A stretch of 64,000 bases of DNA from an uncultured delta proteobacterium (GCA_963695875.1 CAVOID010000012.1:64815-128814); one strand, 5' to 3'. Positions 10,097 through 20,323 are shown, counted from the stretch's first letter. Translations and numbers: made by a program. The notes: a model not told the origin generated them from the letters alone.

Positions 10097-10592
10097 ATGA
10101 AAAGAACGACTGAAACGGAAAGTTGGAATCAAGGATTCACCATGATCGAGATTGTGGTTGTTCTGGTCGTGCTTTTCATTGTGTCTGCTGTTTTCATAAG
10201 CCGATACACGACGGCGGACTCGAATGAATTGATGGCCGAGACGGATGCTTTAAAAGCAAATCTCCGTTTTGCACAGATCAAAGCCATGAGCGATACATTG
10301 CAACCGAATAGCAACCCCCGCTGGGAATTCGACCTAGGTAGTGCTACATCGTATACACTTTACAGGCGTGGAGATGGCGGTGTCAGAGTCTCCGTTCATA
10401 TTCCAGGTGAAGTTCCTCCCTCTTCTACGCATGGTCTATCAACAGGAGTAACGATAACTTCTGGCGTCGGTCTGGTAATAACATTTGATGATTGGGGCAG
10501 TCCGGGTGCATCGAATGTATCCGTTACACTTACTCAGGGTACTCAGTCCAGCAGTTGTTAGCGTCACCAGGAACACAGGTTTTATTCCATGA
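10097..10592 (+). CDS. Minor pilin (FimT/MshC-like); apparent frameshift near 10550
   Basis: G|FTMIEIVVVL prepilin motif and LRFAQIKAM. An alternative frame gives the typical end VSVTRNTGFIP* with TGA overlapping the next ATG (ATGA). Confidence 0.8.
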
Positions 10593-11182
10593 TAAGCACA
10601 AAGAATCTTAATGATTCAGGGTTCACACTGATCGAAATAATAGTTACCGTTGTCATTGTGGCAATCTTGGGCGCCATGATACTGACATTTTTATCTGACT
10701 CTCTCATAAAGAGCAGTGATCCGATCATTGCGTTTCGAAGAGCGTCGGATCTAAATAGAGTCATGGCAAATATTACTGCTGATTACAATCGGTACCCAAA
10801 GTGGAGGAGTGGAACAACATATGCCGTGGGTAATTTTGTCGTACCTACCATAAGAAATGGTAAATACTATATTTGCACACAAGGTGGAACGAGTAATAAT
10901 AATGAACCGAACTGGCCTACACCTCCTATAAATGATGGGTCGGTGAGATGGACAGAGAGTGGAACGCTGCCTGACCTGATAACTTTACGAGGAAACATTG
11001 GTCCGGAGAACACTGATCAGAATAACGCTTACGGTAGCTACCATGTGGAAAAAAATAGATTTGTTTCATTCAACTCTTCCGATACCGAAGTTGATGATAC
11101 TTCAGGTCTCAACAAAATCCTAAAAGTAACGATCAAAAGTGATCAGGGCGGAACACTGGGGGCTTTATTTATTTCGAATTAA
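10589..11182 (+). CDS. Minor pilin (PilV/MshD-like) with inserted aromatic-rich module
   Basis: SG|FTLIEIIVTVVIVAIL; C-terminal LKVTI...LF typical of this class. Confidence 0.85.
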   Translation: MISTKNLNDSGFTLIEIIVTVVIVAILGAMILTFLSDSLIKSSDPIIAFRRASDLNRVMANITADYNRYPKWRSGTTYAVGNFVVPTIRNGKYYICTQGGTSNNNEPNWPTPPINDGSVRWTESGTLPDLITLRGNIGPENTDQNNAYGSYHVEKNRFVSFNSSDTEVDDTSGLNKILKVTIKSDQGGTLGALFISN

Positions 11183-11194
11183 AGGTATAATTTA

Positions 11195-11696
11195 ATGATG
11201 CAAAAACTCTCCAGACAAAAAGGCTTCACCCTTTTGGAGATTATCATTTCTATAGTTGTTGTGACGATTATAGCTGTTATCGCCGGCAACGGTCTTATTG
11301 TAATAGTAAAGGGATATACATTTTCAAGAAAAAATGCGCTGACAGTGCAACAGGGGCAAATAGCCATGGTGAGGCTGAAGAAAGAGCTCAGCAATATCAA
11401 GACGGTTACTTCAGGTGCGACAGCAACATCTATTACATTCACGCGAAGCTCAGATGGATCCACGCATACAATATCCTGGGCTGGTGGCAACTGTCCTCTT
11501 TTGGTAGATGGTGATACGTTGGTTAGTCCCGTTAACTCATTTAATTTAGCTTATTATGATTCTTATAATTCATCAGCTTCATCTTACTCAACTTCTACAT
11601 CGATAATTGAAATAACGCTTCAATTGATGGGTGCTGAGAATTCTCTCGATGAATTTTACCGATCGAGTTAATCTTTACCTGGAAACGGGAGGATAA
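11195..11696 (+). CDS. Minor pilin (PilW/MshO-like); apparent frameshift near 11648
   Basis: KG|FTLLEIIISIVVV, AMVRLKKEL, F.LAYYD. An alternative frame ends FTDRVNLYLETGG* just before the next ATG. Confidence 0.8.
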
Positions 11697-11699
11697 TCC

Positions 11700-13136
11700 A
11701 TGTCCTTTGTAAATCAGAAAGGGAAATGTAATTGCATATGTCGTTATCGCCATGACCACGATTGCTGCATTGGCTGTCGGGGCACTCTATATGAGTTCAT
11801 CCTCTGCTTTAGGTGAGGTTGGCGCAAATAACCTAAATAGAGCCTATTTCCTTGCTCTGGCGGGGAAAGATTATGCCCTGATTAAAAATTGGGAGATACA
11901 ACCGCAAGTTATCCGAGCGGTAGGGTTTTTACTTTAGCCAACGGTGATAAATTTCGTCTCGTTATCACGGGAAACACTATCGTATCAACAGGCATCGTTA
12001 ATGACGGGACCCCTTTTGAGGCAAGAAGGACAATCAGTATCACAAAAACCGGTTTAGGCCCGCAAGCAGATATCAGCTTCACGAAGGATATACAGGCTTT
12101 TACGCCTGTTCAGTCAAAAGCAGGCTTCATCACAACCGACACCAGCGCTGCCAGAGTGACTCTGGGGCAAATGGGTATGACAAGTACCTTTGGCGCAATG
12201 TGGTATGGAGGAAGTGCTACTCAGGGAAATTGTCAGAATGGTAAATGCGATTTCGGAACAGGTTTCCGGGCCTTTTTTGTATTTCAATTTGCTTCAGGTT
12301 CGACCGGTGATGGTTTTACCTTTGCATTCTTTAATGGTGATGGTGTTGATGTTAATGGCATTAAAAATGATCGCAACTCTGTGGGGGGCGATAGTGGAAG
12401 GGGTGAACTGTTGGGTTATGCCGGCGATTCACGTGTCGATTCCGCCGGGACCAGTTTTCTTGACGGCAAAGGGGGTAGGGGCATTCAACCGCCAAAAGTG
12501 GCCGTTGAATTTGATGTTTTTCCCAACTTCGGTTCAGCGGATGTATGTGCTTCCGGCAGCAGGCGTGATGGACTTGATTCAAGAAACCATGTAGCCTATG
12601 TTTTCTGGGGTGATAATACGAATAGCAGTTGCACTTCCACCGTTGGGAGGAACACCTATGATGATAACAGACATAACGCCGGAGGTGTCAGTCCCATAGC
12701 GACCGACCCGAGAAACTCGAGAAGGCCCACTGATGGTGCCGATACAAGCTACTTCGACGCATCCTCATTATGGCCGGCACAAACAAATTGGATGTTAAGC
12801 AACGCGCCGACGAATATCTATGCCTTCCGAATTGAAGTAACGCGCAGTATAACGCCAAATACTAATGGTAACTTTGAGTACACTGTAAAATCATGGGTAA
12901 AGCAGTGTTTGGTGATCAATGACATTACATGTCCTACATATGCTGATAATTCGAATTTTGCTGATACAACGACTGATTATACTGACACGATTCCGACTTT
13001 GATCAGGAATCAGATTGAACTAAGCCCCATTCTCCATCAGAATTTTAATTCATTTTACTTCGGCTGGACAGCGGCTACCGGGGGCGCGACGCAGAACGTA
13101 ACGATAAACAGATTCAGAATGAATTTTTTGAAATGA
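11700..13136 (+). CDS. PilX/MshP-like pilin fused to L-type (legume/ConA-like) lectin domain; two apparent frameshifts (~11725, ~11888)
   Basis: MSFVNQKG|NVIAYVVIAM (no E5, as in PilX/GspK class) and RAYFLALAG.DYA; then lectin motifs GDGFTFAF, LLGYAG, VAVEFD, FGWTAATGG. Confidence 0.75.
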
Positions 13137-13140
13137 CGAT

Positions 13141-14136
13141 CTAAAGCACGTCAATGACGTTGTAGATAGCCCTTTCTCCCTCCATTCCCTTGAGGCTTAT
13201 ATTGTCTATCTTTTCAACCTTGAAAGAATCCTTTACGACTTCATATGTTTTACTACAGATGAGGATCTGATCTTCTTTGGCAATGCGTTCCAGTCTTGCA
13301 GCTAAATTGACAGGTCTGCCCAGGGCTGTATATTCCTTCCTGATTGCGGACCCAAAAATACCGACCATTGATTCACCCGTACTGATCCCAAAACCGACGG
13401 GTATTTTGATATTTTTTTTGATCATACCCTCGTTAATTTCTGCTACTTTATTTCGCATCTCAATTGCGCATGCAACTGCTCTCTTTGCGTCATCATCCTG
13501 GGTGATCGGTGCGCCGAATATCCCCATTATGCTGTCACCGATGTGTTTATCGAGGGTACCGTTATGTTTAAAAATAATGTTATCAAGAGGGTAAAAATAA
13601 TTCAGGTTCAGAAGGTCGGATAGATCAAGAGGTGACAGCGCTTCGGATATTTTTGAGAAACCGCGGATATCAGTGAAAAGTACGGTTACTTTCTGGTTTC
13701 TGGGTGCCAGGTTCTCACTGAATTTCTGCAGTTCGTTGAGAACCTGGGACGGAACGAATTGTTTTAATCTTTTTTTGATATGAAATTCCTTGATCTTCTG
13801 TCTGATTTCTTTATTGTCAAAGGGTTTTGTTAAAAAACCATCAATCCCTGAATTAACACTTTCAATGGCACGATCCAGGGTCGCATACCCGGTGAGAATA
13901 ATCCGGATAATTTCAGGATTAAGTTTACCAATTTCCGTGAGTGTTTCCAAACCGTCCAGACCCGGCATCTTGAAATCGGATATTACCGTTTCAATTTCAT
14001 TGATATGTTCTCGAACGATATCGATGGCCTCCATACCATTCTCGGCCGTGGTAATATCGTAACCATCCCTATGAAGGACTTTTTTTAGAGATATCCGGAC
14101 ACCCTCTTCATCATCTACGATTAAGATCTTAATCAT
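13141..14136 (-). CDS. Response regulator receiver fused to class III adenylate/guanylate cyclase
   Basis: ILIVDD...SDFKMP...LTG...FLTKP receiver; VLFTDIRGFS, DKHIGD, YTALG.PVNLAARLE cyclase motifs. Confidence 0.92.
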   Translation of the reverse strand: MIKILIVDDEEGVRISLKKVLHRDGYDITTAENGMEAIDIVREHINEIETVISDFKMPGLDGLETLTEIGKLNPEIIRIILTGYATLDRAIESVNSGIDGFLTKPFDNKEIRQKIKEFHIKKRLKQFVPSQVLNELQKFSENLAPRNQKVTVLFTDIRGFSKISEALSPLDLSDLLNLNYFYPLDNIIFKHNGTLDKHIGDSIMGIFGAPITQDDDAKRAVACAIEMRNKVAEINEGMIKKNIKIPVGFGISTGESMVGIFGSAIRKEYTALGRPVNLAARLERIAKEDQILICSKTYEVVKDSFKVEKIDNISLKGMEGERAIYNVIDVL

Positions 14137-15059
14137 GATACCCTCGCTTTAAGTGGTAGGTCTATTGTAAAAGTAGTGCCTTGGCCCTGTTTACTGCTCA
14201 CCGAGATAAGGCCTTCATGTTTTTTTATAATTTCATGAGACATATATAGCCCCAAGCCCGTTCCGGTGCCAACGTCTTTGGTAGTAAAAAATGGCTTAAA
14301 GATATCTTTAATGACTTCTGTTGGGATTCCCACCCCGGTGTCACGGCACTCTATTGTAACAATGTCTGTATCTCCTTTATATCTTGTTTTCAGGAATATG
14401 GTTCCCTTGCCGTCGGGCAGCGCTTGAAGGCTGTTCTTGATTATATTGATGAATACCTGACCGAGATTTGCGAAGTTACCATTTACTCTCGGCAGATTTT
14501 CTTCGTAATCTTTTTCGATGACCACCTCAGTATGCCTGTATTGATTATGTAATACTCTCAAGGCATCTTCTATTACCGCGTTAATATCGACATCCTCAAC
14601 ATAGGTCTGCGTCTGGCGTGACAAGCCCAAAACGCTTTTGACGATGGTTTCTGCTCGTTTGAGTTCCTTTAATGAAAATTCGAGATCCTTTAATACTTCG
14701 TCATCAATGTCCCTCTTTTCCTGCTGTTCATTGATTAATTCGATATCTGTTTGAATCAGGCTTGACGCACTTGATAGGGGATTATTAAGCTCATGAGCAA
14801 TTCCGGCAACAAGCTGCCCGATAGCAGCGAGACTTTCCGTCTGAATCAATATCTGCTGAGTCCTTTCTTTTTCCTCGAGGGCTGCTTTCCGTGAGTTGAT
14901 TAATGTCTGGGTAAAAATTCCATATATAACCACAAAGACCACAATCAATGAACGTGAGAGTACTTGTTCCGATGACAGGGAATCAAGCACCCAATAGATT
15001 ATTACCATGACGATTGCGATTAATATCAAACCATTCTTTTCTATTTTTTGACGAATCAT
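14133..15059 (-). CDS. Sensor histidine kinase (2 TM, HisKA + HATPase_c)
   Basis: AGIAHELNNPL, QVFINIIKN, DTGVGI, FKPFFTTK, GTGLGL; 4-bp overlap with the cyclase gene. Confidence 0.92.
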   Translation of the reverse strand: MIRQKIEKNGLILIAIVMVIIYWVLDSLSSEQVLSRSLIVVFVVIYGIFTQTLINSRKAALEEKERTQQILIQTESLAAIGQLVAGIAHELNNPLSSASSLIQTDIELINEQQEKRDIDDEVLKDLEFSLKELKRAETIVKSVLGLSRQTQTYVEDVDINAVIEDALRVLHNQYRHTEVVIEKDYEENLPRVNGNFANLGQVFINIIKNSLQALPDGKGTIFLKTRYKGDTDIVTIECRDTGVGIPTEVIKDIFKPFFTTKDVGTGTGLGLYMSHEIIKKHEGLISVSSKQGQGTTFTIDLPLKARVS

Positions 15060-15215
15060 GCTTTTATCACTTATTTTGCATCTACATGTGCGTTAGCTGC
15101 CGACGTATCATAAAATAATGGTTGAGAAACCTTGATATTTTTATTTAAAAAGCTGTTAAATGTCAACTGATTCCTGACAAAAATGAATATTCGCTATTTT
15201 TATTATATAGGTGCC

Positions 15216-15461
15216 TTATCCAAAATAAACTGATTTGCTCACTACACAGGGTTGGTCTAAATCAACCGTTATTGGTTTAATTCTTTTTAATTCTTCAATA
15301 TTCCATTTGTCGTCTTTTTTCAAAAGGTCCAGGGCTTCGTCTTCAGAATTGGCCAGTACAATTACCTCGGCCTGCATATAATTGTCATCGTATATATGAG
15401 GTTCATTGAACATTGACCAACTGGAAAATTTCTTGCTGTGCCTCCAGATGAAGATCTTCAT
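15216..15461 (-). CDS. Small hypothetical protein (81 aa)
   Basis: RBS AGGAGA upstream of MKIFIWRHSK; plausible globular sequence. Confidence 0.6.
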   Translation of the reverse strand: MKIFIWRHSKKFSSWSMFNEPHIYDDNYMQAEVIVLANSEDEALDLLKKDDKWNIEELKRIKPITVDLDQPCVVSKSVYFG

Positions 15462-15496
15462 AAAAGTTTCTTCTCCTAATTTTGTTGCAAAAAAAA

Positions 15497-15577
15497 ATCG
15501 AGGATTCAAGTGACCAAGAGTTTTAATATGCATTTCACTCTACTCCTCGACACCTTGACGCCTTGAATCCTTGAATA
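15497..15577. repeat. Degenerate 8-mer tandem array with inverted partner
   Basis: cctcgaca/ccttgacg/ccttgaat/ccttgaat facing cgaggattcaag. Confidence 0.55.
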
Positions 15578-15619
15578 CGCCGGCAACTTTTTCGGGGATT
15601 ATCCATATTTGCGGAGAAT

Positions 15620-15958
15620 CTATTCGGGCTTTTTATATTGAGGGCATAGTTCGGATGAGCCGGGTTTGTATTCCCTGCATACCTTTGGCCTGTCTTCGTA
15701 AATAGTGCAGGTATAGTATGTTCCTTCCCATTGGAGAAAAGGACAGGTGAACAATATTTTTCCATTTTCTGACGATATGACAATATCCCCTGCCCATACG
15801 GACTTTGAATGTTCCATGATGCGGAATATTTCCTGCTTCCCTTCGCGTCTCCACCTTTTCATATCTTCTTCCGTAGCGGGAACGTATGCGGTAAGGCAGC
15901 ATTTCCCGCATCGCTTGCACGTCATTGAAGGTGACTTGTTGTTTTCCTTTTGCTCCAT
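15620..15958 (-). CDS. YkgJ-family cysteine-cluster protein
   Basis: CKRCGKCC...CPFL...CTIYEDRPKVCREY. Confidence 0.88.
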   Translation of the reverse strand: MEQKENNKSPSMTCKRCGKCCLTAYVPATEEDMKRWRREGKQEIFRIMEHSKSVWAGDIVISSENGKILFTCPFLQWEGTYYTCTIYEDRPKVCREYKPGSSELCPQYKKPE

Positions 15959-15970
15959 GTTTCACAAACA

Positions 15971-17137
15971 TCAAACAGCTCGTAAAGCATCGACAATATA
16001 CATGCGCGAGGCCCTTATGGCAGGCAGAACGCCGCCGATGAATCCCATAATAATGGAGAATAATACAGCTTTGTAAATGATATCAAAGGTGAGGGTAAAA
16101 GTGAAAGCAAGTTCCGAGAAGGTTTGGAAATTCATTGTTGATATGGTTATAAGTTGCATAAAGGAAGCAAAGAAGAGACCGACACACCCGCCGGTAAAGC
16201 CAAGGATAAGGGATTCCATGAGGAAAGCCATCATAATACTCCGTCTTCTAAAACCAAGAGCACGAAGCATTCCGATTTCACCCGTACGGCTGGCAACCGC
16301 TGCGTACATGGTTATCATGGCGCCAATAATGGCTCCCAGGGAGAAAATTATCGTGAGAGACCAGCCAAAGATACGGAGAAACTTCGCCATCATTTCCGAC
16401 TGGTCTCTGTAATATTTGGTTTCCCGCTTTGCTTCCAGGGAAAGACGCGGATCGTTTTCGATGCGTGCCCTGACTATATCAAATTCCTTGGAGTTGCGTA
16501 ATTTAAAAATGACGGATGAATATACGGGTCTGCGGAATGCCTGCATGCACTGATCCACATCACCCCATATTTCGGAGCTGAACCCCGTTGCCCCCGCATC
16601 AAAGATTCCCACTACTCTCCAGTTTCGTAATCCGCTGTAGATAGTGTCATTGATTCCTGTATTCTGGAAACCCCTGTAGATACTTTTGCCTACAATTATC
16701 TCCGATGAACCGAACCGTGGAAGGCGTCCCTCGACAAGTCTTACCTGAGGCCTGAGGGACACGGAATTCGGACCGATACCCCTCATTACAACATTAGAGG
16801 GCTTGCCCGTAGCACGCTTGTTGAGACTGATAAGAACGACAAGCTCTTTGGCAACCATATTATGGCCGTCCATACCGACAGCTATCTCAGGTTGGGTTTC
16901 CACAACGGATGCCTTCTCCCTTTCTACCCCGCTCTGGACCTCGGCGGCAGATCCTTTGCGGATTATAACAACGTTGTCGTAAGAGCCTGTATCCACGAGT
17001 GTCTTCTGCAGCCCCTCTGCCAGCATCAGGATTGCAGCGAAGACGAAAACTACAAGGGCCATGCCGCCGGCTGTGAGAACCGTAGTCAGGCGTCTTGTCA
17101 TGAGGTTGCGTATGTTATAGGAAAAAGGAATCGCCAT
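15971..17137 (-). CDS. ABC transporter permease (MacB/FtsX-like)
   Basis: N-terminal TM, periplasmic domain, RTGEIGMLRALGF motif, three C-terminal TMs. Confidence 0.9.
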   Translation of the reverse strand: MAIPFSYNIRNLMTRRLTTVLTAGGMALVVFVFAAILMLAEGLQKTLVDTGSYDNVVIIRKGSAAEVQSGVEREKASVVETQPEIAVGMDGHNMVAKELVVLISLNKRATGKPSNVVMRGIGPNSVSLRPQVRLVEGRLPRFGSSEIIVGKSIYRGFQNTGINDTIYSGLRNWRVVGIFDAGATGFSSEIWGDVDQCMQAFRRPVYSSVIFKLRNSKEFDIVRARIENDPRLSLEAKRETKYYRDQSEMMAKFLRIFGWSLTIIFSLGAIIGAMITMYAAVASRTGEIGMLRALGFRRRSIMMAFLMESLILGFTGGCVGLFFASFMQLITISTMNFQTFSELAFTFTLTFDIIYKAVLFSIIMGFIGGVLPAIRASRMYIVDALRAV

Positions 17138-18295
17138 TCAGCCTATCCTCCTTAGGCCATCGGCAATACGGATCATGATGGCCCTGTGGGTGGGAAGAAT
17201 GGCCGCTATGAGACCAACGGCAGTGGCGGCGGCAAGATCGAAGATGATGGTCTTAGGCTCAACGTAAAAAATGGGGAAGAATAAAACCAGAGTGTTACCG
17301 AATATTTTCGCCGCAGGGAAGGTTGCCGCAATTCCGAGGGCGCATCCGAGTGTTGTGATCACGAGGGATTCACCGAAAATCATTGCTGCGATGTGCCAGC
17401 CGCCGAAACCGAGGGTCTTCAGGACAGCGTATTCCCCGATCCTCTCCCTGGTGGTCATGATCATCGTGTTGGCTAAAACAGCGAGGATGATAATAATTAC
17501 GACGAAAGAAACTACCTTTATTGCTGTTACAATAGCTTCCGTCATGGAGATGAAGGTCAACGCGAAGGCTTTTTCCGTCTCCGTGAGTGTTTCCGCCAGA
17601 GAGTTTTTAAATAAGCTGTCTATAGATATGGCGACATCAGCCGCTAGGTCCGGATGCGTTACTCCGATCATATAAAAGCCAACCTGATCGGCACGCCGGG
17701 GTATGGTCTTTTTCATGGTTTCGTTGAGGTAATCCCAGTGAAACATAAACTGCATCTCATCTACAGTCTTATCTTTTCCATGATAGATGCCCCGGAGTAC
17801 AAAATCCCAGTTGCCCGGGAAAATAGTACCCTTCAGGGTAACGGTAGTACCCATCTTCCATCCATATTTATCGACCAGCTTCTGACCGGCTATGAAACCC
17901 TTCCGATCTCGCAGGAAGGATGCAGTCTCATCGGGCAGAAGGATAAATTCAGGATAGAGGTCAAGATAACTCCTGGGCTCGACGGCGAAGTTTGCGAAGA
18001 AATTTTTCTCATCGATATAGAGGCCACCAAACCAGTTGCCGTATGATACTATCTTCACGCCGCTTACCTGGCGGATTTTATCTTTGTAGGAGATGGGAAG
18101 GGGAAAAATAAGGGATATGGCGTTCCTGGTTACAAGGCGCCCGGCTGATGATGCCTCCACGCCCGCATACCAGGCACTGACCATGGTACGCAGCATGCCG
18201 AATGCAAGGATGGCAATAGCAATACCCAGGATTGTGAGTCCCGTTCGTAATCTATGGCGAAAGGCATTTCTAAAGAGAAGTTTGAGAATTAGCAT
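17138..18295 (-). CDS. ABC transporter permease (MacB/FtsX-like)
   Basis: RNAFRHRLRTGLT, ERIGEYAVLKTLGF, GESL motifs. Confidence 0.9.
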   Translation of the reverse strand: MLILKLLFRNAFRHRLRTGLTILGIAIAILAFGMLRTMVSAWYAGVEASSAGRLVTRNAISLIFPLPISYKDKIRQVSGVKIVSYGNWFGGLYIDEKNFFANFAVEPRSYLDLYPEFILLPDETASFLRDRKGFIAGQKLVDKYGWKMGTTVTLKGTIFPGNWDFVLRGIYHGKDKTVDEMQFMFHWDYLNETMKKTIPRRADQVGFYMIGVTHPDLAADVAISIDSLFKNSLAETLTETEKAFALTFISMTEAIVTAIKVVSFVVIIIILAVLANTMIMTTRERIGEYAVLKTLGFGGWHIAAMIFGESLVITTLGCALGIAATFPAAKIFGNTLVLFFPIFYVEPKTIIFDLAAATAVGLIAAILPTHRAIMIRIADGLRRIG

Positions 18296-18974
18296 CGCTC
18301 AGAAAACCCTTTTCCAGATGCCGGATGACTTTTGCTCTCTTGGCTGCACGGGGGTCATGGGTAACCATGATTATGGTTTTACCGAATCTTTCATTGAGAT
18401 ATTGTATCAGGTCGAGGACATCTTCTGCCGAGGCCCTATCCAAATCTCCTGTTGGTTCATCGGCTACCAGTATTGTAGGATCTGTCACCACGGCGCGGGC
18501 GATGGCCACACGCTGCTGCTCACCGCCGGAGAGTTGTCCGGGATAATGATCCTTTCGATCAGCCAGATTGACCACGTTGAGGGCCATCTCCGCATGCTCC
18601 AGCCTTTCTTTCCTTGAAAGCCCCGTCAAGTGCAGCGGCAGTTCCACGTTTTCAACGGCCGTCAGAACAGGGATGAGGTTGTAGAACTGGAATATGAAGC
18701 CTACATGGGTGGCACGCCATCCGGCGAGTTCAGTTTCGGACAAGGATGAAATATCCACTCCGGCAACCCGGATCGTGCCGCTGTCGGCCTTGTCGATACC
18801 GGCAATCAAATTGAGAAGTGTGGTTTTTCCCGACCCGGAAGGACCCATGAGTGCCAGAAATTGTCCCTCGCCAATATTGAATGTGATGTCATTGAGGACC
18901 TGCAAAACATAGTGATCGCGGCGGTAGGATTTGTTTATGTTTGAAATCTCAACGACCGATGTTTTATCTTCCAT
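18270..18974 (-). CDS. ABC transporter ATP-binding protein (LolD/MacB-like)
   Basis: GPSGSGKTT, LSGGEQQRV, ADEPTG, VTHD. Confidence 0.95.
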   Translation of the reverse strand: MEDKTSVVEISNINKSYRRDHYVLQVLNDITFNIGEGQFLALMGPSGSGKTTLLNLIAGIDKADSGTIRVAGVDISSLSETELAGWRATHVGFIFQFYNLIPVLTAVENVELPLHLTGLSRKERLEHAEMALNVVNLADRKDHYPGQLSGGEQQRVAIARAVVTDPTILVADEPTGDLDRASAEDVLDLIQYLNERFGKTIIMVTHDPRAAKRAKVIRHLEKGFLSDANSQTSL

Positions 18975-20191
18975 TACTTCTCAGCCACTTTAATCTTTGA
19001 TCCGTTTTTCAACTTATCAAGGGGCTTTAATACCACCTTATCGCCTGATTTCAGGCCGCTTAAGACCTCAATCATATCTCCAAACTGTTCCCCGACACTG
19101 ACCGTCGTTTCCACAACTTCATCTCCCTTAACAAGAAAGGCGACGTTCTTGTTGCTGCGGTTGATAACAGCATTTCGGTCCAGTGCTGTGCGCGACTTCA
19201 TTTCTTCCGGCTTTACGGGACGGGAGAGAAAGGCTACCTTGGCGCTCATCTCCGGGAGGATGCGTGGGTCATTGTCAATAAAAGCGACTTTAACCATTAT
19301 CGATGCCTTGCTTCTATCCGCTGTCGGTACGATTGTTTTAACAACTCCATTAAAGCGCGATTCGGGAAGGGCATCGAGCTGGATCTGACATGGTTGACCT
19401 GATTTTATAAGTGAAAGGTTGGATTCGGACACATCCGCTTCTACTTCTAGAGAGGTCATGTCTGCGATAGTAACCACGGCTGCCTTGGCGTTCGCAGCAG
19501 CCCCGAGTGGAGTAACTATATCGCCAATGTCGGCGTTTTTTGTGAGTACGACCGCATCGAATGGCGACCTGATTATAGCATAATCCTCAGCAACAGTTGC
19601 GCTTTTGAGGGCTGCTGAATTCACCTTTATGGTTGCTTCCGCGGAATCGACGACCGCTTTTGCTCTGTTGAAGCGAATTTCGGAGTTTTCATATTCGACG
19701 TGCGATATGGCTCCATTAGCAACCAGTCGTTTATTTCTGTTATAGGTAAGGGTAGCATCCTTCAATTCAGCTCGTGCCTGCTCCAGATTTGCGTTAGCCA
19801 CGCTAAGACTGGCCTTGGCCTGCTCGCGGGCAGCCCCGGTGTCTTCGTTTTCCAGACGGGCAATGACCTGCCCCTTCTTTACCAGGCTTCCTTCGGATAC
19901 GTAGAGAGCGACAAGTCTGCCCGTAATTTTTGAAGCTACGGCAGCTTTACGCTGTGCCACAACGTAACCACTCGCGTTCAACAGGGTAAAAGTCTGGGAA
20001 GGATAAATTTGCGATACGCTGACTACCTCGACTGAGGTTGCAGGTACAATGATTCCCGTGAAATAGAGGATGCCTGTTAAGGCTATCAAAATAATCGCTA
20101 TGATAAAATACTTGAGCCGTTGATGCCACACTGGTCGGCTTGTTTTAAGAGTCTTATCTATTTTTAATTTTGAAAGGTCTTCTATTGCCAT
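18974..20191 (-). CDS. Efflux periplasmic adaptor (MacA-like membrane fusion protein)
   Basis: TM anchor, ASGYVVAQ, EGSLVKKGQVIARL, alpha-hairpin, IRSPFDA, GLKSGDKVV. Confidence 0.9.
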   Translation of the reverse strand: MAIEDLSKLKIDKTLKTSRPVWHQRLKYFIIAIILIALTGILYFTGIIVPATSVEVVSVSQIYPSQTFTLLNASGYVVAQRKAAVASKITGRLVALYVSEGSLVKKGQVIARLENEDTGAAREQAKASLSVANANLEQARAELKDATLTYNRNKRLVANGAISHVEYENSEIRFNRAKAVVDSAEATIKVNSAALKSATVAEDYAIIRSPFDAVVLTKNADIGDIVTPLGAAANAKAAVVTIADMTSLEVEADVSESNLSLIKSGQPCQIQLDALPESRFNGVVKTIVPTADRSKASIMVKVAFIDNDPRILPEMSAKVAFLSRPVKPEEMKSRTALDRNAVINRSNKNVAFLVKGDEVVETTVSVGEQFGDMIEVLSGLKSGDKVVLKPLDKLKNGSKIKVAEK

Positions 20192-20239
20192 GGATCAAGG
20201 TTCTCTATTTTACTGAAAACAGAACAAGAAATCTTTGGT

Positions 20240-20323
20240 TGTCATTGCGGGCGGAGCGAAGCAATCTCTATTGTCTTGATTATATCTGAGATTGCCACGG
20301 AGCCAAATCTCCTTGCAATGACG
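20240..20323. repeat. REP-like palindromic element (GTCATTGCG...GCAATGAC type)
   Basis: Terminal inverted repeat gtcattgc/gcaatgac with inner gcaatctc/gagattgc. Confidence 0.75.
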
